Of a DNA stretch of 64,000 nt, positions 50,296-59,385 are shown piece after piece; positions within the stretch are counted from its first letter, which is position 1, and each line of letters starts with the position of its first letter. The notes under the pieces were generated by a model, which worked only from the letters and a program-made list of their open reading frames with translations, made no database searches and was not told where the DNA came from. A program made the position numbers and the translations under genes. Source of the stretch: an uncultured Desulfobacter sp. (GTDB taxonomy: Bacteria > Desulfobacterota > Desulfobacteria > Desulfobacterales > Desulfobacteraceae); assembly GCA_963665095.1 (NCBI GenBank), contig OY762069.1:5504001-5568000 (forward strand). The letters are read 5' to 3'.

Positions 50296-50482
50296 AATGT
50301 AAAGGCAGGTTTTCTGGCTTCCGGATCATCCGAATCCCTGCGCCTTCCCATCCGTTTTTTTTTGACATGCTTTAACGAACAGTGGCAATATGCAGGTTTC
50401 GTCCCCGATTACAGCGGCGGGACCGCTCCCGATTTTAACGGGATTCCCTGTTAGCCCTTACGGGCACCTAAACTGGCGGTTA
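50296..50482 (-). ncRNA. Cobalamin riboswitch
   Basis: Minus strand AGGTGCCC...AACAGGGAATCCCGTTAAAATCGGG...CCCGCCGCTGTAA...GCCACTG...GGGAAGG...AGCCAGAAAACCTGCC, upstream of the cbi operon. Confidence 0.92.
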
Positions 50483-50678
50483 TGATTGCTCAATAAAATT
50501 GTTTTGTCAATAGGTGTTCCTGACCGGCAGATTGCCCTGCGCGAACATGTTTGCTGGAAATAGTTTTAAAAGATAACGGTGACGAGGCCCATCCTGGATA
50601 TGGATTAAAGCCCGTCACCGTTTAGTTTGTGTCTGAACGGCTGGCCAGGCCGGGTTAAAGAGGCCCGGCAGGTAATTG

Positions 50679-51211
50679 CTACTCTGCTGCCGAAACGGCA
50701 AATCCGTTTTTCCCCAGCCCTGTGGTTGACGGGGTGCCGGCAATTCTGGCCAGATATGCATCCCCAAGATTTTTGATATGATCGCCAATGTTATCAAAAT
50801 AGTTAAGATGGATCTGCTCTTCGTCAATAATGGTTTCAAACAGTTTCATGGTAATACTGTCACCGTTGTCCCGGCAAACCTGAAGAAACTGGTTATAAGT
50901 ATCAATGGTGTCATCTTCCAGGCCTGAGTCAAAGGGAAAGATGCCGTCCACCTTTTGTCCCCTCTCCACCTTGGCTGCCAGATCCGAGGTGGGCTCTCCC
51001 CCCAGTTCCTTGATACGCTCGGCAAACTGTTCGGCATGGCGCATCTCATCAATGGCAATGAGTTTAAGCTTGGCGGCCAGCTCCCCATAATCCATGTCGT
51101 CAAGATTGTAATGCTGGTTCATATACTGGCTGATGGCGTGAAGTTCCATGGATCTGGCCTTGTTCAGCACATCAATCACTGCCTTTTTTTATCTTTTTTA
51201 GCGGCGCCCAT
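50679..51211 (-). CDS. bfr: Bacterioferritin (Desulfovibrio-type); 5' end frameshifted as given
   Basis: ELHAISQY, IDEMRHAE (ferroxidase residues and haem Met), EEQIHL. The AGGAGG-ATG at 51211 is out of frame with the GTG ORF at 51179. Confidence 0.88.
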
Positions 51212-51226
51212 TACATTCCTCCTTTT

Positions 51227-52147
51227 TTATTTTATTTGCTTTAAATGCATCAGCAGAGCCCGAAGTTTTTCCCGGGCCCTTTGGAATTCCGTCTGAAAGG
51301 TCTTGCTCTCCTTGTCATGAAACTGCTTGAAATCCAAAAGATCAAGCTCTTTTATGGTGTTGAGCAGGTCAAAAATATGGTTTTCCGCAACTGTCCTGCA
51401 GAAGTTCACATCCTTTTGTGCGATTTTTTCACTGATCTGAGGGTTTTCCTGTAAGAATTCAGGCACCTGGTATTCCCGGGCCAGCAAAAGGCAAATGAGC
51501 TGGAACAGTGCATCAGCCGGACTCGCCTTAATCAGGGTGGGGCTGTGGAGAAATGACAGATTCTTGTCAACACTGACGTCTGCCGTATTCAGGGTGCGGA
51601 CCCTGTCAAACCAGTTCAGGGTGTAACCCAGGTAATCATCCTCCCGCCAGGTTTCCTTTTTCCAGGCATGGGCTTTAATCGCTTTTTTCAGCCCGTCCAT
51701 GCAGTCTTCACTGTTTTCATAATTGTAAGTGCCAAGCAACGCACCGGACTGAAAAATATCAATCCCGGGCCGGTGCGCCTGCTCACTGATCTCTGCACAA
51801 AGAATCCGTCTCTCTTCCCCGGGACGCAGGATAATGATTTTACATGATGGCTTTGACCGGTCAATACGCTCCAGTTCTTCAGCTGAATCCGGCGGTGCAA
51901 TGGCACTGGCCGCGGATGCGGTGAGAAATGCCGCATACACATTCGGGGAGAGATCCAGCTGGGCCAGGGCTGATTCAAACAACGGGATTTCCCTCTCCTC
52001 AAGTCCACGGACTGGAATCAGCCGTCCTTTTTCCATGTCCGGCAAAAACAGCTCCAATACCGATTCAAGCCCGGCCTGCCAGTGGGCGCTTCTAGGGTCC
52101 TTTTTTTCTTCTATCCACTGCTTTGCTTTGGCAAGGGGAGATGTCAT
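51227..52147 (-). CDS. Hypothetical protein
   Basis: 306-aa ORF with an RBS-like AAGGAAG; no motif recognised. Confidence 0.65.
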   Translation of the reverse strand: MTSPLAKAKQWIEEKKDPRSAHWQAGLESVLELFLPDMEKGRLIPVRGLEEREIPLFESALAQLDLSPNVYAAFLTASAASAIAPPDSAEELERIDRSKPSCKIIILRPGEERRILCAEISEQAHRPGIDIFQSGALLGTYNYENSEDCMDGLKKAIKAHAWKKETWREDDYLGYTLNWFDRVRTLNTADVSVDKNLSFLHSPTLIKASPADALFQLICLLLAREYQVPEFLQENPQISEKIAQKDVNFCRTVAENHIFDLLNTIKELDLLDFKQFHDKESKTFQTEFQRAREKLRALLMHLKQIK

Positions 52148-52311
52148 TTTAAAAGCTTCCTTATATTGGTTTTTCCATTCAACTCTTCGGGGATAAAATC
52201 AAATCAGAAAAGAGACTGGATTGTCAATATAAATCAGGTCCAATACTGTGCAGCGATCTGGCAGTCCCTATAATTTGTCTGAATTCATTATAGTCGAGGT
52301 AATCTCTGAGC

Positions 52312-52490
52312 CAATGTCATAAAGTTAACGACAAGGCTTATAATTCATGTAGTGCTCACGCTTGTTGATCTTATGTTTCCGTTTAAATTTACGCCCGGGC
52401 CTAATGGGTTCTGTCGCCGCCATGAAAGAGCATGAAGGTCCTTAATCAACTGTACGGTAATTTCACGCGGTCTTTCAAAAAGCAAAAAGA
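52312..52490 (-). mobile_element. IS4-family transposase C-terminal remnant with terminal repeat
   Basis: Frameshifted ...LFERPREIT...EPIRPGRKFKRKHKINKREHYMNYKPCR*, with the stop inside CGTTAACTTTATGACATTG, which resembles IS4-family ends. Confidence 0.5.
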
Positions 52491-52669
52491 TTAAAACCCT
52501 TCCAGGTTTTTGCGTGTGAAATCTTTCTTGTTTTTCTTGTGTCTGTCGATAATTTCCGGGGAATGCAGAATATTTTTAAGCTAGTCGATTAGCTCGGCAC
52601 ATATTTTGGAGAGCAGGTTCCATGCCAAGTTGGTTGAATTTTTCAGACATTTTATTCTCCTTTCACAAA

Positions 52670-52880
52670 TCAGATCAAATCGGACCGGATATGCTGACAG
52701 GCGCGGCCGTTCCTGATGAAATACGTGCCGGCAAGGATGCCGGGCGGATTGCCAGAAAACTGATTGAGACAGGGAAAAAGCCGGTCCATATCCTATTTTG
52801 TACCAAATTGAAAAGAGCATTGCACCTGAGCAGAACAAAATTGCGCAGATGGGAACTGCCAGTTCAACCTAAAGCTAAAA
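52670..52880 (+). pseudogene. Possible fragment of an ABC-type substrate-binding/sensor domain
   Basis: 'AGKDAGRIARKLIETGKKPVHI...LHLSRTKLRRWEL' resembles the C-terminus of ABC_sub_bind domains. No credible start. Confidence 0.3.
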
Positions 52881-52919
52881 AAGTACGATTATCTTGCTGC
52901 GGGAACCACGCAAGCCTTT

Positions 52920-54044
52920 CTAAAGCTGAGCAATAATACGGCCGGTATCCGATGTTTCATATCCGGGAAGGCAGGAAAGCTCCTCCCGGAAGGATTTTGT
53001 CTGAATAATATCCAGAGCTGCGGCCACAGCGGGATGGTCAATGAGATCCGAGGGAATCACAAGATCACACCGAACATGCGAGAGAGGCACAAACGAAAGA
53101 CCGTTGGTCACTGCCACAGCCCGCAATCCCAACGCTGCGTCACACACCTTATGCAGCACGGCCTGGGCCCCCTGGAGGTGACTGTGGACTACATTCTGGT
53201 ATCCGGCAACGCAATCCGCTGTAATACCCTGGGCGTCAAGCATATCATCCAAGAGGGTGCGCAGGGCCGCACCGGACTCCCGGTTGACCAGACAAACATC
53301 TTCCCTGACCAGGTCGGCAATCCCCTTTATCTGTTTCGGATTCCCAGGTGCCACCAGCAGCCCCTCTTCAAAAGAGGAAAATCCGATCATAATTCCGGAC
53401 ACATCTTTCATTTTCTGGAGAACCAGATCCCTGTTGCCGTCTAAACCAGCCCGGGTGTGCATGTGGGTGCCGGCCATATGGGCCTGACCCATGGCCAGCC
53501 GCATTACGGCTTTTTCACTGGAGGCAAATCGGACATTCAGGCCGGTTTTGCCAGGCGTTTCCCTGACCCGGTGTCCCAGCACGGTAAACGCAGGGTCGCA
53601 CCCTAACAACAGGGCCGTAGATGCCATCTGTTCGTCGGACAGGAGCAGTCTGGCCCGGGACTGGCCCGGCTCCAGTAAACCGTCTGCCGCGCCTAAATCC
53701 TCCATCCTGGCATGGGTCCCCACCAGGGGATAGGCAAAGTGGCGGTCCCGGACTTTTGTGATGTTCACCCGCTGGCCCCAGGCATGCTCCTCATCCACCA
53801 GAATGACATTTCGGGCTTCCGCCGGGGCCGGGGAAAAAACATCCTCCACCCGGCAGTCCAGCACCTGGGCCATTGCCAGGGCCACCCCGGTGTTAGGCAG
53901 GTAACGGCCGGCCTCAATATCGTAAACAGCCTGACGCTTAATTCCCACCAGACCGGCCAGTTCGGTCTGAGTCATTTTCTTTTGTGTCCGCAGCTCCTTG
54001 AGGCGGCAGGTGATGCCCCGGGTGCGGTCAGACGCCTTGACCAT
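52920..54044 (-). CDS. XRE-HTH plus periplasmic-binding-like domain regulator (probable molybdate/tungstate sensor)
   Basis: TQTELAGLVGIKRQAVYDIEAG HTH; GCDPA, HMAGTH, GLLVAPGNP, VNRESGAALR; divergent from modABC. Confidence 0.82.
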   Translation of the reverse strand: MVKASDRTRGITCRLKELRTQKKMTQTELAGLVGIKRQAVYDIEAGRYLPNTGVALAMAQVLDCRVEDVFSPAPAEARNVILVDEEHAWGQRVNITKVRDRHFAYPLVGTHARMEDLGAADGLLEPGQSRARLLLSDEQMASTALLLGCDPAFTVLGHRVRETPGKTGLNVRFASSEKAVMRLAMGQAHMAGTHMHTRAGLDGNRDLVLQKMKDVSGIMIGFSSFEEGLLVAPGNPKQIKGIADLVREDVCLVNRESGAALRTLLDDMLDAQGITADCVAGYQNVVHSHLQGAQAVLHKVCDAALGLRAVAVTNGLSFVPLSHVRCDLVIPSDLIDHPAVAAALDIIQTKSFREELSCLPGYETSDTGRIIAQL

Positions 54045-54139
54045 AACATCTCCCGCTTAAGTTAGTTTTTAAAAATCAGTACTATACCATACAATAAGTT
54101 TAAACAAAATAATACATAAATGTAGTTGAAAAAATTATA

Positions 54140-54168
54140 TTGACGTGTATAAAATTATTTATTAAGAC
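54140..54168 (+). promoter_or_regulatory. Candidate sigma-70 promoter of modABC
   Basis: TTGACG-17 nt-TAAGAC; palindrome TACATAAATGTA at 54113-54124 just upstream. Confidence 0.35.
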
Positions 54169-54252
54169 CCAGGTTTACTGGCAGACGCATAAAGAATTTA
54201 TGTCATGCCGGCCGTGAGCCCCAACAAAATAATTAAATAAAGGATTTTTACC

Positions 54253-55032
54253 ATGGCAGTAAAGCACGCCCGTTTGTATTCTATTATCATCAGTGCACTC
54301 ATCACTTTAAGCATGTGTCTTTTGAGCACAGCCCAGGCCGAATCCATCCGGATTTTTGCCGCAGCCTCCACCACCAATGCAATTACCGACATCATCAAGG
54401 CATATACCGATAAAACAGGCAAAGAGGTCACTCCGTCATTTGCATCCTCCTCCACCCTGGCCAAGCAAATTGCCCAGGGCGCGCCTGCTGACGTCTATCT
54501 CTCCGCCAATCCCAAATGGATGGACTTTATTGAAAAAAAAGAGCTGGTTGAACCCGGCACCCGGACCAACCTCTTAGGCAACCGGATCACCTTGATTCAA
54601 CCCAAATCAGGCCAGCTGAAACTGTCCATATCTGCGGATCTGGATCTTGCCGGTATTCTGGGCGATGACAAACTGGCCATGGGCGACCCGGATCATGTAC
54701 CGGCCGGCATATACGGTCGCAAGGCCCTGGAATCTTTGAAGCTGTGGGACAGTGTGGCGCCTAAAGTGGCCAGAGCCAAGGACGTGCGGGCGGCACTGGC
54801 GCTGGTGGAACGGGCTGAAGCCCCTTTAGGCATTGTATATGCCACGGATGCTGCCATCTCAAAAAAGATTGATGTGGTGGGCCTTTTTCCGGAAAACACC
54901 CATCCGCCAATTATCTATCCGGTGTGCATTGTCAAAGATAAAGCCAGTGCTGATGCCAAAGCTTTTTTTGCATTTTTGAAAGACCAGAAAGCCGCTGACA
55001 TTTTCAAAACCTATGGATTCTCTGTTAGATAA
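54253..55032 (+). CDS. modA: Molybdate ABC transporter substrate-binding protein
   Basis: FAAAS, FASSSTLAKQI-GAPAD, HVPAGIY, DVRAAL, GIVYATDA, HPPIIYP. Confidence 0.95.
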   Translation: MAVKHARLYSIIISALITLSMCLLSTAQAESIRIFAAASTTNAITDIIKAYTDKTGKEVTPSFASSSTLAKQIAQGAPADVYLSANPKWMDFIEKKELVEPGTRTNLLGNRITLIQPKSGQLKLSISADLDLAGILGDDKLAMGDPDHVPAGIYGRKALESLKLWDSVAPKVARAKDVRAALALVERAEAPLGIVYATDAAISKKIDVVGLFPENTHPPIIYPVCIVKDKASADAKAFFAFLKDQKAADIFKTYGFSVR

Positions 55033-55038
55033 CCGGTT

Positions 55039-55743
55039 ATGTTTGATCTGACTCCCCTTGAAATTGAAGCCCTGAAGCTCAGTCTGTGGGTGGGTTTCTG
55101 GGCTGTCACCGGCAGTCTTGGACCCGGTATTTTTGCAGCCTGGCTGCTGGCCCGAAAAAATTTCTGGGGCAAGACTTTGGTGGACGGCCTGATCCACCTG
55201 CCCCTGGTGCTGCCTCCGGTGGTCACCGGATATATCCTGCTCCTGGTAATGGGCAAGCAGGGCGTGGTGGGACACTGGCTCTTCAAGCATCTGGGTTTCA
55301 GCTTTGCCTTTAACTGGAAGGGCGCGGCTCTGGCTTCGGGAATCATGGCATTTCCGTTACTGGTCCGGGCCATCCGGCTCTCCATGGAAAGCGTGGACCA
55401 GCGCCTGGAGCAGGCAGCCCAGACACTGGGGGCCGGGCCTTTGGACCAATTTTTCACGGTCACCCTGCCCCTGACCCTGCCAGGGATTCTTACAGGCATC
55501 ATCCTGGCCTTTGCCAGAAGTTTAAGCGAATTCGGGGCCACCATCACCTTTGTGTCCAACATTCCCGGAGAGACACGGACCCTGCCACTGGCCCTTTACA
55601 CCCTGACCCAGATGCCGGATGGCGAAGCAGGGGCGTTGCGCCTGTGCATTATCTGTGCAGGTGTGGCGCTGGCCGCCCTTGTGGCATCGGAAATGATGGG
55701 CCGCCGGCTGAACCGCACCCTGAAAGGAGACCGCAGTGCTTGA
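55039..55743 (+). CDS. modB: Molybdate ABC transporter permease
   Basis: LPLVLPPVVTGY, FARSLSEFGAT, NIPGETRTLPLA. Confidence 0.95.
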   Translation: MFDLTPLEIEALKLSLWVGFWAVTGSLGPGIFAAWLLARKNFWGKTLVDGLIHLPLVLPPVVTGYILLLVMGKQGVVGHWLFKHLGFSFAFNWKGAALASGIMAFPLLVRAIRLSMESVDQRLEQAAQTLGAGPLDQFFTVTLPLTLPGILTGIILAFARSLSEFGATITFVSNIPGETRTLPLALYTLTQMPDGEAGALRLCIICAGVALAALVASEMMGRRLNRTLKGDRSA

Positions 55744-56515
55744 GGTCAGCTTAAAGAAAAAACAAGGGGATTTTCTGGTGGATACTGCTTTCTCCAGCCG
55801 GGAAAACGGGGTGACCGCCCTGTTCGGCCGGTCCGGTGCCGGTAAGACTTCGGTAATCAACATGATCGCAGGGCTGTCCCGGCCTGATGAGGGATTTATA
55901 CGGATCAACGGTACGGTTGTCTTTGATTCCCAGAAAAAGATCAATCTGCGGCCCCATAAGCGCCAGGTGGGTTATGTTTTTCAGGAGGGCCGGCTGTTCC
56001 CCCATTTCAGCGTAAAATCCAACCTGATGTACGGCATGAAACGGATAAAATCCAGCCGCAGGTATATTGATTTCAGTAAAGTCGTGGATCTTCTGGGCAT
56101 CAACCACCTTCTGGACCGGCGGCCGGCAACGCTCTCCGGCGGGGAAAAACAGCGGGTGGCGATTGGCCGGGCACTTCTGGCCAGCCCTCGCCTGCTGCTC
56201 ATGGATGAACCTCTGGCATCGCTGGATGCGGCCCGGAAAGCCGAAGTGCTGCCATTTATCAACAAGCTGCCCGGCCAGTTTGACATTCCCATCCTCTACG
56301 TCAGCCACTCCCTGGACGAAATCACACACCTCGCCCACAACCTGGTATTTCTTGTGGACGGCACCACCCGGGCCAGTGGCCCTTTGGACGAAATAACCCA
56401 GCGCAGGGATTTCAAAGAAGTTGTGGGCCTGTTACCCGTACCATCTTTGCCCGACTCACAGGAAAACAAACTGTCCGACACCGCGCAGCTCTCCATTGCA
56501 GCCTGCTCCGGTTGA
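55736..56515 (+). CDS. modC: Molybdate ABC transporter ATPase (short, no TOBE domain)
   Basis: LFGRSGAGKT, VFQEGRLFPH, LSGGEKQR, MDEPLASLD, YVSHSLDE. Confidence 0.92.
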   Translation: MLEVSLKKKQGDFLVDTAFSSRENGVTALFGRSGAGKTSVINMIAGLSRPDEGFIRINGTVVFDSQKKINLRPHKRQVGYVFQEGRLFPHFSVKSNLMYGMKRIKSSRRYIDFSKVVDLLGINHLLDRRPATLSGGEKQRVAIGRALLASPRLLLMDEPLASLDAARKAEVLPFINKLPGQFDIPILYVSHSLDEITHLAHNLVFLVDGTTRASGPLDEITQRRDFKEVVGLLPVPSLPDSQENKLSDTAQLSIAACSG

Positions 56516-56541
56516 TCGGAATTCCGAGCAATAAATGAAAT

Positions 56542-56607
56542 AATAATTGGGGTCAGAGTAAAATTAAATTCAACAGCAAATTTAATTTTACTCTGACCCC
56601 AATTATT
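56542..56607. repeat. Perfect 29-bp inverted repeat (REP-like, GGGGTCAGA core)
   Basis: AATAATTGGGGTCAGAGTAAAATTAAATT, 8-nt loop, exact complement; between convergent genes. Confidence 0.85.
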
Positions 56608-56620
56608 TTGCTCATATCTG

Positions 56621-57769
56621 CTACACAACGGTCAGCAGCATAAAACAATGGGAGAACCTGCCGCTTTCAGGAATGAAGCAGAGCAGCTTTTCCCCTGTTT
56701 TGAGCTTACCGGATTTAAAGAGCTCTTCCATGATTACATAGATGGATGCCGATCCGATGTTGCCTGTGTAGGGGAGATTGGTAAACCACTTTTCATAGGG
56801 GATTTCAAATCCCACTTCTTTCATGACCTGGTAGAATTTGTCTCTGAAAAAATGAGAGGAGTAGTGGGGCAGATACCAGTCAATATCCTCCGGGGTGAGC
56901 TGCCGTTTTTTGACTGTCTGGCTCAGGGTCCGGCCCATGGTTTTTACAATCTGGCTGCCTAAAAGCCTTGTGTCCTGTTTTACTGCCAGAAGATTTTCAG
57001 CTGCTGCTGCCGCACAGGAATCGGCCTCCCGCCATCCAAATATGGAGCCATCCTCGTTCTGCTTTCCGCCGGCATACATGCAGGTGGGAAACTCTCCGGC
57101 ATAGGAGAGCATATCAATCCACTCAATTTTTAATGAAATCCCTTTTTCATTGGGTTTATTGGAGATAAATGCCGCACCTGCGCCATCAGAGAGCATCCAG
57201 CGAAGGAAATCCGCATTAAACGCAAGGATGGGCTTATTGGGTATATCTGCATTTGGATCCACCTCCAGCGAAAAGAAATTGGCTCTCATGAATGATGAGG
57301 CAAGTTCCGAACCCGTGCATACCGCATTCTGGGACGACCCGCTTGCCACAGCCATCTGGGCGTATTTCAGGGCATTCATCCCGGAGAGACAGATGCCGGC
57401 CATTGAGGCTACCTCACAGGGGGGAACCTTCAGTTCTCCGGCCACCATCATGCCGTGTCCAGGCATAATGACATCCGGACTTGTGGTACCGCAACACAGC
57501 AACTCAATGTCCTCAATTTTAAAACCCTCGTAGGGCTTAAGACCTTTAACCGCCTCAGCACAGAGCCGGGCATTGGTATGGGTGAACCTGCCGGTGGAGG
57601 GATCAATGGCATAATACCGTTGTTCGATTTTATTGTTGGCCAGCATTTTGGTTTTGGTCCGGGATGGAATGTCGTTGATCCGGCCTAAAACATCTTCAAT
57701 CTCACTGTTGGAAACAGGCGAATTGGGCAAAAATGCGGACAGGTCGTTAATATACGCGGGTTGAGTCAT
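56621..57769 (-). CDS. FabH-like beta-ketosynthase, DarB/StlD type
   Basis: AGICLSGM (Cys), SELASSFM, FLRWMLSDGAGA, LPHYSS, GNIGSAS, IPESGRFS. Confidence 0.8.
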   Translation of the reverse strand: MTQPAYINDLSAFLPNSPVSNSEIEDVLGRINDIPSRTKTKMLANNKIEQRYYAIDPSTGRFTHTNARLCAEAVKGLKPYEGFKIEDIELLCCGTTSPDVIMPGHGMMVAGELKVPPCEVASMAGICLSGMNALKYAQMAVASGSSQNAVCTGSELASSFMRANFFSLEVDPNADIPNKPILAFNADFLRWMLSDGAGAAFISNKPNEKGISLKIEWIDMLSYAGEFPTCMYAGGKQNEDGSIFGWREADSCAAAAAENLLAVKQDTRLLGSQIVKTMGRTLSQTVKKRQLTPEDIDWYLPHYSSHFFRDKFYQVMKEVGFEIPYEKWFTNLPYTGNIGSASIYVIMEELFKSGKLKTGEKLLCFIPESGRFSHCFMLLTVV

Positions 57770-57782
57770 TTAAATCTTCCTA

Positions 57783-59087
57783 TCATTGGGTCTTTTCAAT
57801 ATGTTTATGAAATTTTCGGAAAAGATCTGAATAAAGGCCGTAAAACTCTTCTTTCTCCAACGTTGTTTTTGTCACTGCATTGGAAAAGGTGTAGTAGGCC
57901 AGATCAGAAATTTCTATTTGATCTTTCATTTTTTCAAACAGAGGCGTTCCAGGGATGGGCGTAAGAATTGAGGGGACGGGCAGCTCTATTTCATGGATCT
58001 GAATAAAGTCTTCAAGATTTTGAAAATCTTTTCGGCTGTAATCCGGTGAAATAATAAAATCGCCAATTACTTTCAATCCGCTTCTCTTAAGCCACTGGAG
58101 CGCTTTTATATTTATATCCACACTGCTTTTTTTATTAAACAGCCTGAGACGCATGTTATCTATCTCTTCAAATCCAATGACCACAGCAGCCAGTCCCGCT
58201 TTCTGCCACAGTTCAATGACATCCGGGTGATTGACGACCGTATCAGCCCTGACGTCCGCCACAATCATTTTTTTGACGCCGGATTCAATGATGGCCCGGG
58301 CAAACTTTCTGGCATAAGAAATACGGCCAAAGGTATTGGCGTCAACACACCGGATAAGCGGTACGTTTCCAAGCAGCTTCATGCAGTTAATTGAGGCGTT
58401 GATGGAGTGGGTCAGGTATTGTCCCGTGATATTGGGAATGGAACAGAATGCGCATGAATGCACGCATCCCATAGCCGTCACAACAAAACCTGCCTTGCCG
58501 ATCCCCCCCATAACATATGTATCCCGGTATGTTTCAACAAGGTCGTACCGTGGCGGGCGGTCATCAACCAGATCCTCAAAGCTGTATTTTCTGGGAATAA
58601 AGTTCAACGGCCTTCCCGGAGTTGTCTTTACCACACCAGGAAAAGTGACGGCCTGATTGGATTCAAGGCACTCAATCAGTTCTCTGAAACTTTTCTTGCC
58701 TACGCCGCAAACAATATAATCAATGGCATCAACGTTGAAATATTCCGGATCACAGGAGGCATGATGGCCTCCGGCAACCACAGGTATCTTATTGCTCACA
58801 GGGCAGTTCTTGACCTGCCGGGCAATATCAATCAGTGTATCGGCCTCACAAGTAACACTTGTAATGCCGACAATATCCGGCATAAAAGACTGAAGTGTTT
58901 CAAGAAGAGCGGATGCCGGATCCACTTTTAAATCCAGAATTTTTACATCATGGTCAAACAGATTGCCGGCAAGCACCTCAAGCGCCAGAGGTTCCCCTTT
59001 AAAAATAGTTTTTATGGAGGTAATGCCAAATTGCTCCTCCGGGATACTCCTGCCGGAGTTTGGTGGATTAATTAATAAAATTTTCAT
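57783..59087 (-). CDS. B12-binding radical SAM protein
   Basis: KILLINPP, EPLALE, AGGHHAS (B12-binding domain), GCVHSCAFC, LTPIPGT. Confidence 0.88.
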   Translation of the reverse strand: MKILLINPPNSGRSIPEEQFGITSIKTIFKGEPLALEVLAGNLFDHDVKILDLKVDPASALLETLQSFMPDIVGITSVTCEADTLIDIARQVKNCPVSNKIPVVAGGHHASCDPEYFNVDAIDYIVCGVGKKSFRELIECLESNQAVTFPGVVKTTPGRPLNFIPRKYSFEDLVDDRPPRYDLVETYRDTYVMGGIGKAGFVVTAMGCVHSCAFCSIPNITGQYLTHSINASINCMKLLGNVPLIRCVDANTFGRISYARKFARAIIESGVKKMIVADVRADTVVNHPDVIELWQKAGLAAVVIGFEEIDNMRLRLFNKKSSVDINIKALQWLKRSGLKVIGDFIISPDYSRKDFQNLEDFIQIHEIELPVPSILTPIPGTPLFEKMKDQIEISDLAYYTFSNAVTKTTLEKEEFYGLYSDLFRKFHKHIEKTQ

Positions 59088-59385
59088 TTACTTCCCTAGT
59101 TCATCCATAAGGGTATCTATATCTATAAATAATCCCATTACGAAACCGTATGGACAAATGATCATATTTTCATCCTGCGTTGAGTGGCTAAGAATATCAG
59201 CGATAACACCATAAAACGCAAGAAAAAAATCAGCAGAACACCATAAAAACAATTGGCCGGGCCTGCCAGCCGGCTTTACCAAAGAATATAGGGATCCTGC
59301 CATGGACAACCGGTCTCCAGCATGATCCCAAACTTGTGAATACAGAAAAAAAAATGTAATATCTGCCGCACAATTTAACTGACAG

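Noticed and set aside
50206..50454. 82-aa plus-strand ORF
   Set aside because: It is antisense to the cobalamin riboswitch and has no protein features.
51177..51211. Canonical -1 programmed frameshift in bfr
   Set aside because: A_AAA_AAG is not in the required reading frame, and A7 is short for transcriptional slippage.
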